NCBI GenBank assembly: GCA_963770565.1
Contig: CAVYQE010000002.1
Location: forward strand, 512,001 to 576,000
DNA from: an uncultured Actinomycetota bacterium
Lineage (GTDB): Bacteria > Actinomycetota > Actinomycetes > JAFAQI01
Reading direction: 5' to 3'
Length of the DNA: 64,000 nt
The notes under the pieces are model-generated. The model saw nothing but the letters and a program-made list of their open reading frames with translations. It did not search any database and had not been told where the DNA came from. Numbering within the stretch: the stretch's first letter is position 1; each line of letters opens with the position of its first letter. Positions 32,236 through 43,186 of this stretch are shown here, piece by piece. The translations under genes were made by a program, and so were the position numbers.

Positions 32236-32748
32236 TCAGCGGGTCATGACCAGCGCGGTCGCGATGGCCGCAAGGCCCTCGCCGCGCCCGGTCAGGCCGA
32301 GCCCGTCGGTGCTGGTGGCGGCGAGTGACACCGGCGCCCCGACCGACCGCGACAGCGCGTTCTCCGCTTCGACCCGCCGGTCGCCGATCCGGGGCCGTTC
32401 ACCGACCAGCTGTACGGCGACATTGCCGATCGCCCAGCCCTCGGCGCCGAGCCGGCGCGCGGTCTCGGCGAGCAGATCGGCGCCGGCAGCATTGGCCCAG
32501 CGCGGATCCTCGGTGCCGTACTGAGTGCCCAAGTCTCCGAGCCCGGCCGCCGAGAGCAAGGCGTCACACACCGCGTGGGCGACCACATCGCCGTCGGAGT
32601 GCCCGGCCAGGCCGTGCTCGCCCGGCCACATCAGGCAGCAGAGCATCAAGGTCCGGCCGGCCACGAAGGGATGGACGTCGAGCCCGATGCCGATCCGCGG
32701 CACCGCCGGCAGCGCACTCGTCAGGGGGACGACATCGTCGGCCATCAT
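32236..32748 (-). CDS. ispF: 2-C-methyl-D-erythritol 2,4-cyclodiphosphate synthase
   Basis: 'RIGIGLDVH', '[22 protein letters not shown]', 'GRGEG'. Confidence 0.95.
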   Translation of the reverse strand: MMADDVVPLTSALPAVPRIGIGLDVHPFVAGRTLMLCCLMWPGEHGLAGHSDGDVVAHAVCDALLSAAGLGDLGTQYGTEDPRWANAAGADLLAETARRLGAEGWAIGNVAVQLVGERPRIGDRRVEAENALSRSVGAPVSLAATSTDGLGLTGRGEGLAAIATALVMTR

Positions 32749-33878
32749 GCGCTGGCGGGCGCGGTCGCCACCGACGAGCCGGTGACGTGGGCAAACACCA
32801 ACCGCCCGTTGGCCGTGATCACGACGCTCGTCACCCGCACGGTGACATCTTTACCTACCAACGGCCTTGCGCGCTCGACCACGACCATCGTGCCGTCGTC
32901 GAGATATCCGACCGCCTGGCCGGCCTCGCGGCCGGGCTTGATCAGCTGGACGACGACGTCCTCACCGACGATCACCGGCGGTCGCAGCGCCAGCGACAAG
33001 GCGTGCAGGTTGAGCACCCGGACACCGGTCACTCCCGCGACCTTGGCGAGGTTGCTATCCAGGGTGAGCAGCGAGTAGTCCTTCTCGTGGCAGGTGCGGA
33101 CCAGTTTGGCGTCGACCTCGTCGACGTCGGGCTGGCTGTCCGGAGCCACGACCAGGTCGACGTGGGGCTCGCGGCGCAGCGTCTCGAGCACGTCGAGACC
33201 GCGCCGGCCCCGGGCGCGGCGCAGCGGGTCGGCCGAGTCCGCCAGGTGCTGCAGCTCATCGAGCACCGGCTGGATGACGATCATCCGCCCGTGCAGGAAA
33301 CCGGCCCGCACGACATCGATGATCCGGGCGTCGATCGCGACCGAAGTGTCGATCAGCTTGTCGACCGCCGACGCTGCCTGGCGTCGGGGCGATACACCGG
33401 TCCGGCCGCCGATGATCGCGAGTACGTCGTCCCGCTTGCCGGCGCCGACCCGGAAGCCGGTGTAGCTGATCAGGACCACCACGATCCCGAACAACGCGAT
33501 CGCGACCAGCGGCGGACGGATGAAGAACAGCGGCCAGCCGAACGCGGCACCGAGCACCGCACCACCGACGGCACCGAAGCCGCCCGCGATCAAGGTGTCG
33601 GCAGAGACGTCACGCAGCGCAGCCTCGGTCCGATCCGCGGTTGATGCGGCGGTGCGCCCGAAGATGCCGCCCACGACGTACCCGATCCCCGATCCGAGGA
33701 TGATCGCGACTCCGACCGCGCCGAACGGCCCGAGGACGGAGCCGTGGCCGTGTGCCGCCAGAAGGTGTCCCGCCTCGTAGCCCAGGCCGGCAAAGAAGAT
33801 CACCGTGAGCAGCCGCAAGACCTCGATCAGGCCGGACGGCGCCCGCTTGCGGGTGCGCGAAGGCCGCTGGAGGTTCAC
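32745..33878 (-). CDS. PIN/TRAM domain membrane protein (YacL-like)
   Basis: TM region, '[10 protein letters not shown]', '[11 protein letters not shown]', '[12 protein letters not shown]'. Confidence 0.92.
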   Translation of the reverse strand: MNLQRPSRTRKRAPSGLIEVLRLLTVIFFAGLGYEAGHLLAAHGHGSVLGPFGAVGVAIILGSGIGYVVGGIFGRTAASTADRTEAALRDVSADTLIAGGFGAVGGAVLGAAFGWPLFFIRPPLVAIALFGIVVVLISYTGFRVGAGKRDDVLAIIGGRTGVSPRRQAASAVDKLIDTSVAIDARIIDVVRAGFLHGRMIVIQPVLDELQHLADSADPLRRARGRRGLDVLETLRREPHVDLVVAPDSQPDVDEVDAKLVRTCHEKDYSLLTLDSNLAKVAGVTGVRVLNLHALSLALRPPVIVGEDVVVQLIKPGREAGQAVGYLDDGTMVVVERARPLVGKDVTVRVTSVVITANGRLVFAHVTGSSVATAPASA

Positions 33879-33954
33879 GCTTAGATGTCTCGGCGGATCA
33901 CCCGCGAGACTTCACCCAATCGGGCGATTCGGGCATCCCTGCCAGTCGCGCGGC

Positions 33955-34437
33955 TCAGCCGCTCAGGACCTCATCGAGCAGCGCCTCGGCCTTGTCCTCA
34001 TTGGTGTGCTCGGCGAGCGCGAGCTCGCTGACCAGGATCTGGCGGGCCTTCGCCAACATCCGCTTCTCGCCGGCCGACAGCCCACGCTCGCGGTCACGCC
34101 GCCAGAGGTCACGGACGACCTCGGAGACCTTATTGACGTCGCCGGAGGCGATCTTCTCGACGTTCGCCTTGTAGCGCCTCGACCAGTTGGTCGGCTCCTC
34201 GGTGTGGGGGGCCTTGAGGATCTCGAACACGCGCTCGAGGCCGTCCGCACCCACCACGTCACGGACCCCGACGTACTCGGCGTTGTCCGCTGGAACCCGC
34301 ACTGTCAGATCGCCTTGGGCAACCTTGAGAACCAGGTAGATCCGGTCCTCACCTTTGATGGTTCGGGTCTCAATGGCTTCAATGAGTGCAGCCCCGTGAT
34401 GGGGGTAGACGACCGTCTCACCGACCATGAAAGTCAT
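33955..34437 (-). CDS. carD: CarD family transcriptional regulator
   Basis: '[12 protein letters not shown]', 'NWSRRYKAN', 'LSAGEKRML'. Confidence 0.97.
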   Translation of the reverse strand: MTFMVGETVVYPHHGAALIEAIETRTIKGEDRIYLVLKVAQGDLTVRVPADNAEYVGVRDVVGADGLERVFEILKAPHTEEPTNWSRRYKANVEKIASGDVNKVSEVVRDLWRRDRERGLSAGEKRMLAKARQILVSELALAEHTNEDKAEALLDEVLSG

Positions 34438-34633
34438 GCGCGTGGTTCCCCTTCCGATGGTTCGAGGATAGCACGCAGACTGCGCCCCCAGAACCGGCGA
34501 AGTGCGACGAAACCGCAGGTCAGAGGCCTGCCGCGGCCGATCTAGGGGCTTGACAGAAGACCCCCTGACGTGCATCGCGCGAAGATCGCGGGGCGGGCTT
34601 TCGCCATCCGGCGAACGGGCGCATACTGACCCG

Positions 34634-35419
34634 GTGTCGGACGACGAGGACCGTCCGCGCGACGCATCGAGCGCCGCGGATCACGGCTGGTCGGACCCGC
34701 TTGACCGCGATCCCACCGTCGAAGCGGTGGACTGGACCCGCGTCGTCGTACCCGACGACATCAGCTCGCTGACCGCCGACATCCGAGCCCTTCGACGGGA
34801 GCGCCGCCACGCCCGGCTCCGCACTCGGCTGCGCCGGGCCCTGGCCCGGCCGGGCCTACCGTCGCTGAGTGCGATCGCCGCCGTGGTCGCGGGGGTCGCG
34901 ATCGCGGCCACGCTGATCTCGGTGGTCGGCTCGGCCACGTCGAGCAAGAGCCCGGCGGCGGCGCCGCTCGCCCACCCGAACGCGCCGGTCGGCCAGCCGC
35001 GAGGCCTGCTCCCCGGCGTGGCCCTGCAAGCGGCGGACGGCACCTCGGTCGACTCGCGAGCCCTCCGGCCCAGCGTGCTCGCGCTGATCCCGCTGCAGTG
35101 CCAGTGCGTGCCGCTGCTCAATCGGCTCGCCGACGACGCCGCCAGCCAGAGCCTGCCGCTGGTCGTGGTGGCACCGACGCTGCACGACGCCGAGGCCGGC
35201 GCGCTGCCGGGCCGGCTCGACCAGGGCACCACCCGGGTCCTCTACGACCGCTCGGACGCGCTCGCAACCGGCGTGGCCGCATCTGGCCTGACCGTCGTGC
35301 TGCTCGACCGGGACGGAACGATCTTCAGCATCATCCGAGCGCTGGCGCCGAGCGCGCCTTCACCGCTGACCGCCGTGCTTCACCAGATGCTGGCGCAGAA
35401 CCTCCGAGTTAACGGCTGA
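34634..35419 (+). CDS. Membrane-anchored hypothetical protein, possible degenerate thioredoxin-like fold
   Basis: 'VVPDDISSL' N-terminus, one TM, C-x-C motif; start inferred. Confidence 0.6.
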   Translation: MSDDEDRPRDASSAADHGWSDPLDRDPTVEAVDWTRVVVPDDISSLTADIRALRRERRHARLRTRLRRALARPGLPSLSAIAAVVAGVAIAATLISVVGSATSSKSPAAAPLAHPNAPVGQPRGLLPGVALQAADGTSVDSRALRPSVLALIPLQCQCVPLLNRLADDAASQSLPLVVVAPTLHDAEAGALPGRLDQGTTRVLYDRSDALATGVAASGLTVVLLDRDGTIFSIIRALAPSAPSPLTAVLHQMLAQNLRVNG

Positions 35420-35450
35420 GCCCCGAAACACCCGCGGCCGGGTCTCTGCG

Positions 35451-36311
35451 GTGAGCCCATCCGCCGCCGCCCCGACCGGCGCCCGGCAGCGACTGATCGC
35501 GCTCATCCGCGCGACCCACCCACTGCCCTGCGTCGCGGTAACCGCGCTCGCGACCGCGCTAGCGATCGCCGCCGGCATCCACGGCCGCAGTGCACTGCTT
35601 GCGGCCGCCGTGCTTTGCGGGCAGGTGTCGGTCGGCTGGTCCAACGACGCGATCGACGCCCCGCTGGACATCAAAGCCGGCCGGGCCGACAAGCCGATCG
35701 CCACGGCCGCGATCTCGCGGCGCACGGTCGGCAGGTGCGCTGCGGTCGCCCTCGCGGCCGACATCCCGTTGTCGCTCGCGCTCGGCTGGCGCGCGGGGGT
35801 CGCGCACCTCGCGGCAGTCGCACTGGCCTGGTCCTACAACGCGGGAATCAAGCGGACCGTCCTGAGCGTGCTGCCCTACACGATCGCGTTCGGCCTGGTG
35901 CCCGTCGTCGTGGCCGCCATGCTGCCCGGCGCGCCCTGGCCCAGGCTCGCGCTGGTCGTGGCCGGCGGCGGCTGCGGCGCGGCCGCGCATTTCGCCAACA
36001 CCGTCGGCGACACCGCTGAGGATGCGATGACCGGCGTACTCGGGCTGCCCCAGCGATTCGGGCCGGCGGCCTCGACCGTCATCGCGGGCGGCTTCGTCGC
36101 GGTCGCCGTCGTCAGCGTCCTGATCGCCGCCGGAGCGACCGCGCTGACCGTGAGCGCCGCGGTCATCGACGTCGCGATCGCCGCGGCGCTCCCGCTGGCG
36201 ATCCGGGTGCCTCGGTCGCGACGCTTCGCCTTCCGTCTGGTCATCGCCGCCGTCGCGATCCTCGTCGTGGCGTTCGTGGTCAGCGGGGGATCGCACCTCA
36301 CCTCCGGCTGA
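35451..36311 (+). CDS. UbiA family prenyltransferase
   Basis: 'SNDAIDAPLD...R.DKPI' aspartate-rich motif, multiple TM helices. Confidence 0.88.
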   Translation: MSPSAAAPTGARQRLIALIRATHPLPCVAVTALATALAIAAGIHGRSALLAAAVLCGQVSVGWSNDAIDAPLDIKAGRADKPIATAAISRRTVGRCAAVALAADIPLSLALGWRAGVAHLAAVALAWSYNAGIKRTVLSVLPYTIAFGLVPVVVAAMLPGAPWPRLALVVAGGGCGAAAHFANTVGDTAEDAMTGVLGLPQRFGPAASTVIAGGFVAVAVVSVLIAAGATALTVSAAVIDVAIAAALPLAIRVPRSRRFAFRLVIAAVAILVVAFVVSGGSHLTSG

Positions 36312-36430
36312 CCGCGTGTTTTGGCGGGGTACGACGGGCCTGACCGGACCCGGTCAGTACGCTGACCGCACTGTCGATGCCGCGCTCACCGCGGGGTGCT
36401 CGGAACCTGTCCGTCAAGGAGAGCAGTGTG

Positions 36431-36994
36431 ATGTTGCGCCGCGCGGTCGCGGGCACCGCGTTCGCCGCCAGCGCCTTGTTGCTGACTGCCTGCGGCTTCC
36501 AGTCGCCGGACGTCGAGACCTCCGAACACGCCTCGGTCCAAGCCGTCGACTTCACCGTGGGCACGGTCGAGATCGCCGACGCCGCGATCACCTCGACCAC
36601 CTCGAACGGCGTCCCGAGCTACTGGCTGCAGGCCACCTTCGTCAACACGGGCAGCACCAGCGACACGCTGACCGGCGCGACCACACCGAACGGCACCCTG
36701 TCGATCAGCTCGGGCGAGGCCGTCGGCACCAGCCTCACCCTGCCGCCCGGCATCCCGGTCGTGGTGCTCACCCCGGCCGCCGGAACGAGCGGGCCGGCGA
36801 TCAGCGCAGCCATCTCGCCATCGCCTCAGCTCGGCGGATATGTGCCGATCACCTTCACCTTCACCGACGCCGGTACTTCGGGCCCGATCCAGGTGCCCGC
36901 CATCCCGGCCGGTGAGACGACGGCCGCTACCCAGCCGGTGCCGAGCGGCACCGCGTCGGTGCCGGCAGTCGAGGGCCAGAGCGCCGGCGACTGA
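36431..36994 (+). CDS. Lipoprotein (LpqE/PCuAC-like fold)
   Basis: Lipobox 'LTAC'; 'N.G...DTL', 'VPITFTF..AG' pattern; near carD as for lpqE. Confidence 0.65.
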   Translation: MLRRAVAGTAFAASALLLTACGFQSPDVETSEHASVQAVDFTVGTVEIADAAITSTTSNGVPSYWLQATFVNTGSTSDTLTGATTPNGTLSISSGEAVGTSLTLPPGIPVVVLTPAAGTSGPAISAAISPSPQLGGYVPITFTFTDAGTSGPIQVPAIPAGETTAATQPVPSGTASVPAVEGQSAGD

Positions 36995-36998
36995 CGGC

Positions 36999-37745
36999 TC
37001 AGCGGCCCTGCTGCTTGACCGCCTCGATCGACGTCGCGGCTGCATCGGGGTCCAGATACTGACCGCCTGACGAAATCGGCCGGAGCTGATCGTCGAGGTC
37101 GTAGCGCAACGGGATCCCGGTCGGGATGTTGAGCCCGGGGATCTCGCCGTCTGAGATGTCGTCGAGGTGTTTGACGAGGGCGCGCAGAGAGTTGCCGTGC
37201 GCGGCGATCAGGACGGTCGCACCGCTGCGCAGGTCGGGCACGATCGCGTCATCCCAGTACGGCAGCATCCGCTCGACCACGTCCTTGAGGCACTCGCTGC
37301 GCGGCACCACCTCGGGCGGCAGGCCGGCGTACCTCGGGTCGTGGGCCTGCGAGAACTCCGCGTCGGCCGCGATCTGTGGCGGCGGTGTGTCGTAGGAGCG
37401 GCGCCAGATCATGAATTGCTCGTCGCCGTACTCCTCGCGGATCTGCGCCTTGTTCTTGCCCTGCAGGTCGCCGTAGTGCCGCTCGTTGAGCCGCCAGCTG
37501 CGGCGGACCGGAATCCACTCGCGGTGGCACGCGGCGAGAGCGTCCTGAGCGGTCGAGATCGCCCGGCGCAGCAGCGAGGTGTGCAGGAGGTCGGGCAGCA
37601 ACCCGTGCTCGCTGAGCAGCTCGCCGGCCCGGACCGACTCGGCCCGGCCCTTGTCCGACAGCGCTACATCGACCCATCCGGTGAACCGGTTGGCCGCGTT
37701 CCACTCGCTCTCGCCGTGGCGGAGGAGCACCAGAGTCCCGGTCAT
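36999..37745 (-). CDS. gpmA: 2,3-BPG-dependent phosphoglycerate mutase
   Basis: '[10 protein letters not shown]', 'LNERHYG', 'AHGNSLRAL'. Confidence 0.97.
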   Translation of the reverse strand: MTGTLVLLRHGESEWNAANRFTGWVDVALSDKGRAESVRAGELLSEHGLLPDLLHTSLLRRAISTAQDALAACHREWIPVRRSWRLNERHYGDLQGKNKAQIREEYGDEQFMIWRRSYDTPPPQIAADAEFSQAHDPRYAGLPPEVVPRSECLKDVVERMLPYWDDAIVPDLRSGATVLIAAHGNSLRALVKHLDDISDGEIPGLNIPTGIPLRYDLDDQLRPISSGGQYLDPDAAATSIEAVKQQGR

Positions 37746-38299
37746 TGGTCGCCATCCTGTCGCACTGCCGAATCTGACGGCGGTCGGAGCCGTCGGCCGT
37801 TTGCCGGGTCGGCGAATCCCGCGAAGGCGGCCAGGTTGGCCAGCGACTCGCCGCGCTTCACCCGCCAGTCCCACTCCCGCTCGATCGAGGACCGGAAGCC
37901 GATCTCTAGCGCGGCGTCGAACCACTCGTCGGAGTACGTCATCACCGAGCCGAGCACCCGGTCGATCTCGTCCGGCTCGATCGCGGACAGCGGCAGCCGC
38001 CCGACGATGTAGACGTCGCCGTGATGATCGACCGAGAAGGCGACGGCGTACATCTTCGCGTTGCGCTCGAGCAGCCAGCGATAGAACCGCTCCTGTGCCT
38101 CGTCGGGGCGCCGGCAGAAGAACGCCTCGACGTGCAATGAGTGATCCCCGATGACCAGCCAGGTCACCGTCGCGAGCTTGTGAGTGCCCGGCAGACGAAC
38201 GACGAAAGCCCCCGGCTCGGGCTGCTCGAACTCCAGCTCACGGTCACGCAGAGTGGCGGCAATGACCTCCGCCCGCGCCGCAGTGTCGGCCGCGGTCAT
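37742..38299 (-). CDS. YbjN domain protein (Rv0487-like)
   Basis: 'LPGTHKL', '[15 protein letters not shown]'; located between mshA and gpmA. Confidence 0.9.
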   Translation of the reverse strand: MTAADTAARAEVIAATLRDRELEFEQPEPGAFVVRLPGTHKLATVTWLVIGDHSLHVEAFFCRRPDEAQERFYRWLLERNAKMYAVAFSVDHHGDVYIVGRLPLSAIEPDEIDRVLGSVMTYSDEWFDAALEIGFRSSIEREWDWRVKRGESLANLAAFAGFADPANGRRLRPPSDSAVRQDGDQ

Positions 38300-39537
38300 A
38301 GCGCCGAGTAGACCTCGAGCACGCGATCAACGGTGGCCGACCAGCCGAACCGGCTCGCGTGCTCGACCGAACCACGCGCCAGCCGGGCGCGATGGCCGGG
38401 GTCACGGACGATCCGACCCACCGCGGTCGCGTAGTCGGCGGGATCGTGCCCGTCGATCAGCGTGCCTGACACACCGTCGCTGACCGCGGTCAGCAGGCCG
38501 CCGACCCGCGCGGCGACCACCGGCGTGCCGCAGGCCTGCGACTCGACCGCGACCAGGCCGAACGACTCGTTGTAGGACGGCACGATGGTCACGTCGGCCG
38601 CGCGGTAGTAGTCGGCCAGCACCGCCTGCGGCGCGGGCCGCTCGAACCAGACCAGGTCGGCGATCCCGAGGGTGCCGGCCAGTTTGCTCAGGTGCTCGGG
38701 CTCGGCCAGGCCGCTGCCGGACGGACCGCCTACGACCGCGACCACCAGCCGGTCGCGCAGGCCCGGGTCGGCGGCGAGCAGCTCGGCCGCGGCCCGGAGC
38801 ACTACGTCCGGCGCCTTCAACGGCTGGATCCGCCCGACGAACAGCAGCACGACCGCGTCGACCGGGATCCCGAGCCGCGCCCTCGACTGGTACTGGTCGC
38901 CCGGCGCGAACACCTCGAGGTCGACCCCGGGCGCCACCGTGACCACCCGGGCGGGATCGGCGTTGTAGAGCTCGACCAGCTGATCGGCTTCCTCACCAGT
39001 CGAGGCAAGCAGCCGGTCGGCCGCCGCAACCACCTGGAGCTCACCGATCGCGCGCATCGCCGGCTCGGGCGAGTCGCCCTCGGCGAGCAGCGCGTTCTTG
39101 ACCTTCGCCATCGTGTGCATCGAGTGCACGAGCGGCACGCCCCACCGCTCCTTGGCCAGCCAACCGACCTGACCGGACAGCCAGTAGTGCGAGTGCACGA
39201 CGTCGTACCAGCCGGGCTCGTGCAGCGCCTCCTCGCGCATCACGCCGCTGGTGAACGCACAGAGCTGAGCCGGCAGGTCGTTCTTGTCGAGGCCTTCATA
39301 AGGGCCGGCGGTGATGTGCCGCACGGTCACGCCGGGCACGAACTCGACCGTCGGCGGCAGCTCGCTGCTGGTCGCCCGGGTGAAGATCTCCATCTCGATG
39401 CCGCGGTCGGCCAACCGCTTCGCCACTTCGTTGACATAGACGTTCAAGCCGCCGGCATCGCCGCACCCGGGCTGGTCGAGCGGGGACGTGTGCACCGACA
39501 GCATCGCGACCCGCCGCGGCACCGCCATGGCATCCAT
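38296..39537 (-). CDS. mshA: D-inositol-3-phosphate glycosyltransferase
   Basis: '[20 protein letters not shown]', 'HSHYWLSG', '[10 protein letters not shown]'. Confidence 0.97.
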   Translation of the reverse strand: MDAMAVPRRVAMLSVHTSPLDQPGCGDAGGLNVYVNEVAKRLADRGIEMEIFTRATSSELPPTVEFVPGVTVRHITAGPYEGLDKNDLPAQLCAFTSGVMREEALHEPGWYDVVHSHYWLSGQVGWLAKERWGVPLVHSMHTMAKVKNALLAEGDSPEPAMRAIGELQVVAAADRLLASTGEEADQLVELYNADPARVVTVAPGVDLEVFAPGDQYQSRARLGIPVDAVVLLFVGRIQPLKAPDVVLRAAAELLAADPGLRDRLVVAVVGGPSGSGLAEPEHLSKLAGTLGIADLVWFERPAPQAVLADYYRAADVTIVPSYNESFGLVAVESQACGTPVVAARVGGLLTAVSDGVSGTLIDGHDPADYATAVGRIVRDPGHRARLARGSVEHASRFGWSATVDRVLEVYSAL

Positions 39538-39611
39538 CCTGCCCGATCCGGCGACGACACCGAAAATCCCCGGCTATCTGCCACCGTTTGTTCACTCCGT
39601 AGTCTCGTGGC

Positions 39612-40358
39612 GTGACCCGTGGACTTGCCGTCGTGACCGGCGCCAGCAGTGGGATCGGCGCGGCCACCGCGCGGCGACTCGTGACCGAGGGGTACGACGT
39701 GATCGCCGCGGCCCGCCGCGGCGATCGGCTGGCGGCGCTCGCTGAGGAGACCGGGGCGCGGGCCGTCGTACTTGACGTCACCGACGAGACGTCGGTTCGG
39801 GCGCTGGCGGCCTCGATCGAGCGGTGCAACGTGCTGGTCAACAACGCTGGCGGCGCGTTCGGCCTGGCGCCGATCGGAGCCGCCGACGATGCCGACTGGC
39901 AGCGGATGTGGGACGTCAACGTCATGGGCACGATGCGGATGACCCGGGCGTTGCTCCCGCAGCTCGAGGCCAGCGGCGACGGCGTGATCGTCAACCTGAC
40001 CTCCACCGCCGGGCACGGCGTCTACGAGAACGGCGGCGGCTACGCGGCGGCGAAGTTCGCCGAGCGCGCCCTCACCGAGACCCTCCGGCTCGAGCTGTGC
40101 GGCAAGCCGATCCGGATCGTTGAGGTGGCGCCCGGAATGGTCGAGACCGAAGAGTTCTCGTTGAACCGGCTCGGTGGTGACGCCGCGGCCGCCGCGGCGG
40201 TGTATGCCGGCGTACCGGGCCCGCTGAGCGCCGACGACGTCGCCGACTGCATCGCGTGGGCCGCCACCCGGCCGTGGAACGTCAACATCGATCTGCTCGT
40301 TGTGCGCCCGCGTGCACAGGCCGCGGCGCACAAGGTCTTCCGGGAGAGTGTCGGTTGA
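39612..40358 (+). CDS. SDR family oxidoreductase (Rv0484c-like)
   Basis: 'TGASSGIG', 'NNAG', 'YAAAK'. Confidence 0.93.
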   Translation: MTRGLAVVTGASSGIGAATARRLVTEGYDVIAAARRGDRLAALAEETGARAVVLDVTDETSVRALAASIERCNVLVNNAGGAFGLAPIGAADDADWQRMWDVNVMGTMRMTRALLPQLEASGDGVIVNLTSTAGHGVYENGGGYAAAKFAERALTETLRLELCGKPIRIVEVAPGMVETEEFSLNRLGGDAAAAAAVYAGVPGPLSADDVADCIAWAATRPWNVNIDLLVVRPRAQAAAHKVFRESVG

Positions 40359-40424
40359 GCAGCGACCACAGCCACGTCGTCAACAACGGCAAGCGCGACC
40401 TCACCATCGAAGAGCTTCGCCCTC

Positions 40425-40790
40425 ATGCAGCCCGGCATGGATCGCCTGATGGCCGAGATCGGGCATCGCGTGCACCGGCTCTACTACGCGGCGCAAGCCG
40501 GCAACTGGAAGCTCGCCGAGTACTTCTACAACTCGACGGTCAAGCAACTGAAACTGTGCGCGACCAGCCGGCCGAAGTACGCCGCCGACATGGCCGCCTT
40601 CATCGACGACGACTGCACGCCCTTGCGCGAGGCGCTGCGCGAGCGCAACGCCGGAGCATTCGAGAAGGCGTACGACGCCTTCGTCGACCGCGCCAACCAC
40701 TATCACGACGTCTGGAAGAAGCCGTGGCTGCACTGGGTTACCCCTGCGTCACCTCCTGACGACCTCGACCTCAGAGCGGGAATCGAATGA
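40425..40790 (+). CDS. Hypothetical helical protein; probably starts at TTG 40355 via a frameshift
   Basis: Coding-like codon usage, ATGA coupling to next gene; see finding. Confidence 0.7.
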   Translation: MQPGMDRLMAEIGHRVHRLYYAAQAGNWKLAEYFYNSTVKQLKLCATSRPKYAADMAAFIDDDCTPLREALRERNAGAFEKAYDAFVDRANHYHDVWKKPWLHWVTPASPPDDLDLRAGIE

Positions 40791-41518
40791 CCGCACCCTC
40801 ATACGCCGAGCTGGTGACCGCACTTCGTCGCGAGGGCGAAGGTTTGGTGGCCGCAGCCGGGATGGGCCTCGACGCCGATGTTCCGGCCTGCTCCGGATGG
40901 GACGTGCGCGCTCTGGTCGATCACGTCTCCCGGGTCTATGCGCGGATCGGTCGGATCGTCTCGACCCGGGCCACCGAGCAGCCACCGGCCGGCACTGAGA
41001 TCCCCGCCGGCGAACCGGTGACAGTGTTGAGCGAGCTGCTCGACGAGCTGGTCGCCGAGCTCTCGGACTGCGATCCGCAGACGCCGCTGTGGAACTGGCT
41101 GCCCGGCACCCCCCAGGTCGCGACCTTCTGGGCGCGCCGGATGGCGCAGGAGTCGGCGGTGCACCGTTTCGACGCCCAGGCCGCGCACGGTGTCATGCAG
41201 CCGATCGACGCGGAGCTGGCCGGCGACGGCATCGACGAGCTGATCGATGTGATCGCGGGCCGGGTCTATAGCCGGGACGACGTCACCGGCCCGACCGGCA
41301 CGGTCCGCCTGCAGTCGACCGACGACGAAACCTGGCTGATCCAGCTGGAGCCGGACGGCGTGCGCCGGCTCGATGCGGTCCGGGAGCCGGACGCCGTCGT
41401 CAGCGGCACCGCAAGCGCGCTGCTGCTCGCGGCCTACGCCCGGGTGCCCTGGACCTCACTCGACCTCACCGGTGACGCCGACCTGCTCGACCGCTGGTCC
41501 GCGGCGCTGAACTTCTGA
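40787..41518 (+). CDS. MDMPI family mycothiol-dependent enzyme
   Basis: 'VPACSGWDVRALVDH', 'FWARRMAQESAVHRFD', 'AGDGIDE'. Confidence 0.88.
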   Translation: MTAPSYAELVTALRREGEGLVAAAGMGLDADVPACSGWDVRALVDHVSRVYARIGRIVSTRATEQPPAGTEIPAGEPVTVLSELLDELVAELSDCDPQTPLWNWLPGTPQVATFWARRMAQESAVHRFDAQAAHGVMQPIDAELAGDGIDELIDVIAGRVYSRDDVTGPTGTVRLQSTDDETWLIQLEPDGVRRLDAVREPDAVVSGTASALLLAAYARVPWTSLDLTGDADLLDRWSAALNF

Positions 41519-41525
41519 CGCAGGA

Positions 41526-42044
41526 CTAGGGCAACCGCTCGAAGGCGCGCGCGAACTCGTCGTAGGCCTCCTGGCCGAACAACACGAACCGCACCTCGGC
41601 GACGAAGGTCGTCGGCGTCGACGCCACGGTCGACACCGCGATCTCCGCGGCCGAGTCGATCGGCCATCCGAAGATTCCGGCTGAGACGGCAGGAAACGCG
41701 ACACTGCCGGCCCGCAACTCGTCGGAAGCCTTCAACGCCTCGCGGTAGCAGGAGGCGAGCTGCGCCGACCGATCCTCCAACCGGGAGAACACCGGGCCGA
41801 CGACATGGACCACCCAGCGACAACGCATGTCCCCGGCAATCGTCGCGGCAGCCCGACCGGTGTCCAGCGATCCGATCCGCCGCCGCAGCTCGCGCCGCGC
41901 CGCAAGCTGCTCATCGCCCCCGGCCCGCAGGATTGCGCCGTCGACACCGCCGCCACCCAGCAGACCGCTGTTCGCCGCGTTGACGACCACGTCGGTGTCC
42001 TGCTCGACGATGTCGCCGAGGTACAGGGAAATCTGCGGCGCCAC
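41526..42044 (-). CDS. Macro-domain O-acetyl-ADP-ribose deacetylase
   Basis: 'GDI', 'NAANSGLLGGGGVDGAI', 'FPAVSAGIFGWP'. Confidence 0.93.
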   Translation of the reverse strand: MAPQISLYLGDIVEQDTDVVVNAANSGLLGGGGVDGAILRAGGDEQLAARRELRRRIGSLDTGRAAATIAGDMRCRWVVHVVGPVFSRLEDRSAQLASCYREALKASDELRAGSVAFPAVSAGIFGWPIDSAAEIAVSTVASTPTTFVAEVRFVLFGQEAYDEFARAFERLP

Positions 42045-43186
42045 TAGACCTGCACGGACAGCAACGGCACGAGCAACTCCTCGTCGGTCAGGGCACCGTG
42101 ATGACCGAGCAACGACGACGACAGCGACTCGCGGCGTCGCTGCACGACGCCAAGGCCGTCGCGAGCGATGGCCAGCACGTCACCGATTCGCTGTCGCGCC
42201 AGTGGGGTCACGATCGTCCCGAATAGCCCGGACCGGACCGCCTCGTCGCCGGTGATCACCCAGGCCCGGTCACCGAGCACCGAGCGCCAGGTCGCCAGCA
42301 CGTCGTCGGCGGCGCCCGGCCTGGCATGGACGTGGCGCATCCGCGGCTCGCCGGCCAGCGCACGCACACCCTCGCGCAGCGGGGAGCTCTCGACGTCGGC
42401 ATCGACGGTCTCCTCGGCCCGCATCACCGCCATTCCGTGGTCCGCAGTGACGAGCAGCGTGGTGCCGACCGGCAGCCGTGACGCCAGCAGTTCGACGTGG
42501 CGATCCACTAGGGACAGCTGCGCGACCCAGGCATCGCTACCGGGTCCGCGCACATGGCCGACGAAGTCGAGCTCCGGTGCATACGCGTACACGAGCGAGC
42601 GGTAGCCACGATCTGCCGCCTCCGCCGCAACCGCAATGGCGTCCCCGCCGGTCGTGACGCCGTTGTAGCTCCCGCCGCGGAAGACCGCACGGGTCAGACC
42701 GGTGCCCTCGAAGTCGCGCGAGCTGACGATGGCCACCGACACACCGGCGTCGGCCGCGCGCTGCCACATCGTCTCCTCAGGTTGAATTACTTCGGGTACG
42801 AGCCGGTCGCGCAGGTCGTCTTTCGTGCCGACCGCGCGCCAGCTCAACCAGTTGACCGCCGCGTCGACTTCTTCCATGTACGTCGAGTAGCCGGTCATCG
42901 CGTGCTGGCCGGCCGGCACGCCGGTCGACAACGACGCGAGCGACGTCACCGTGGTCGACGGGAAACCTGCGGTCAGCTCGACGCATGACAACGACGACAG
43001 ATACGGCGCTGCGTCGGCATGCGCCCGCAGACTGAGCAGGCCCATCCCGTCGACGAGCATCACGACCACTCGCTGCGCGAGCGCGAGGCCGAGCCGGTTG
43101 TCCAAGCCGACTTCGAGCGCGGCAAGCACCGACGGCATCACGTCGGACAGCGATGCCTCGCCGTACCGCGGAATGGCGAACGTCAT
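42044..43186 (-). CDS. Alkaline phosphatase / nucleotide pyrophosphatase family protein
   Basis: 'LVDGMG', 'FPSTT', 'D.VGH', 'TADHG', 'GHHG'. Confidence 0.9.
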   Translation of the reverse strand: MTFAIPRYGEASLSDVMPSVLAALEVGLDNRLGLALAQRVVVMLVDGMGLLSLRAHADAAPYLSSLSCVELTAGFPSTTVTSLASLSTGVPAGQHAMTGYSTYMEEVDAAVNWLSWRAVGTKDDLRDRLVPEVIQPEETMWQRAADAGVSVAIVSSRDFEGTGLTRAVFRGGSYNGVTTGGDAIAVAAEAADRGYRSLVYAYAPELDFVGHVRGPGSDAWVAQLSLVDRHVELLASRLPVGTTLLVTADHGMAVMRAEETVDADVESSPLREGVRALAGEPRMRHVHARPGAADDVLATWRSVLGDRAWVITGDEAVRSGLFGTIVTPLARQRIGDVLAIARDGLGVVQRRRESLSSSLLGHHGALTDEELLVPLLSVQV

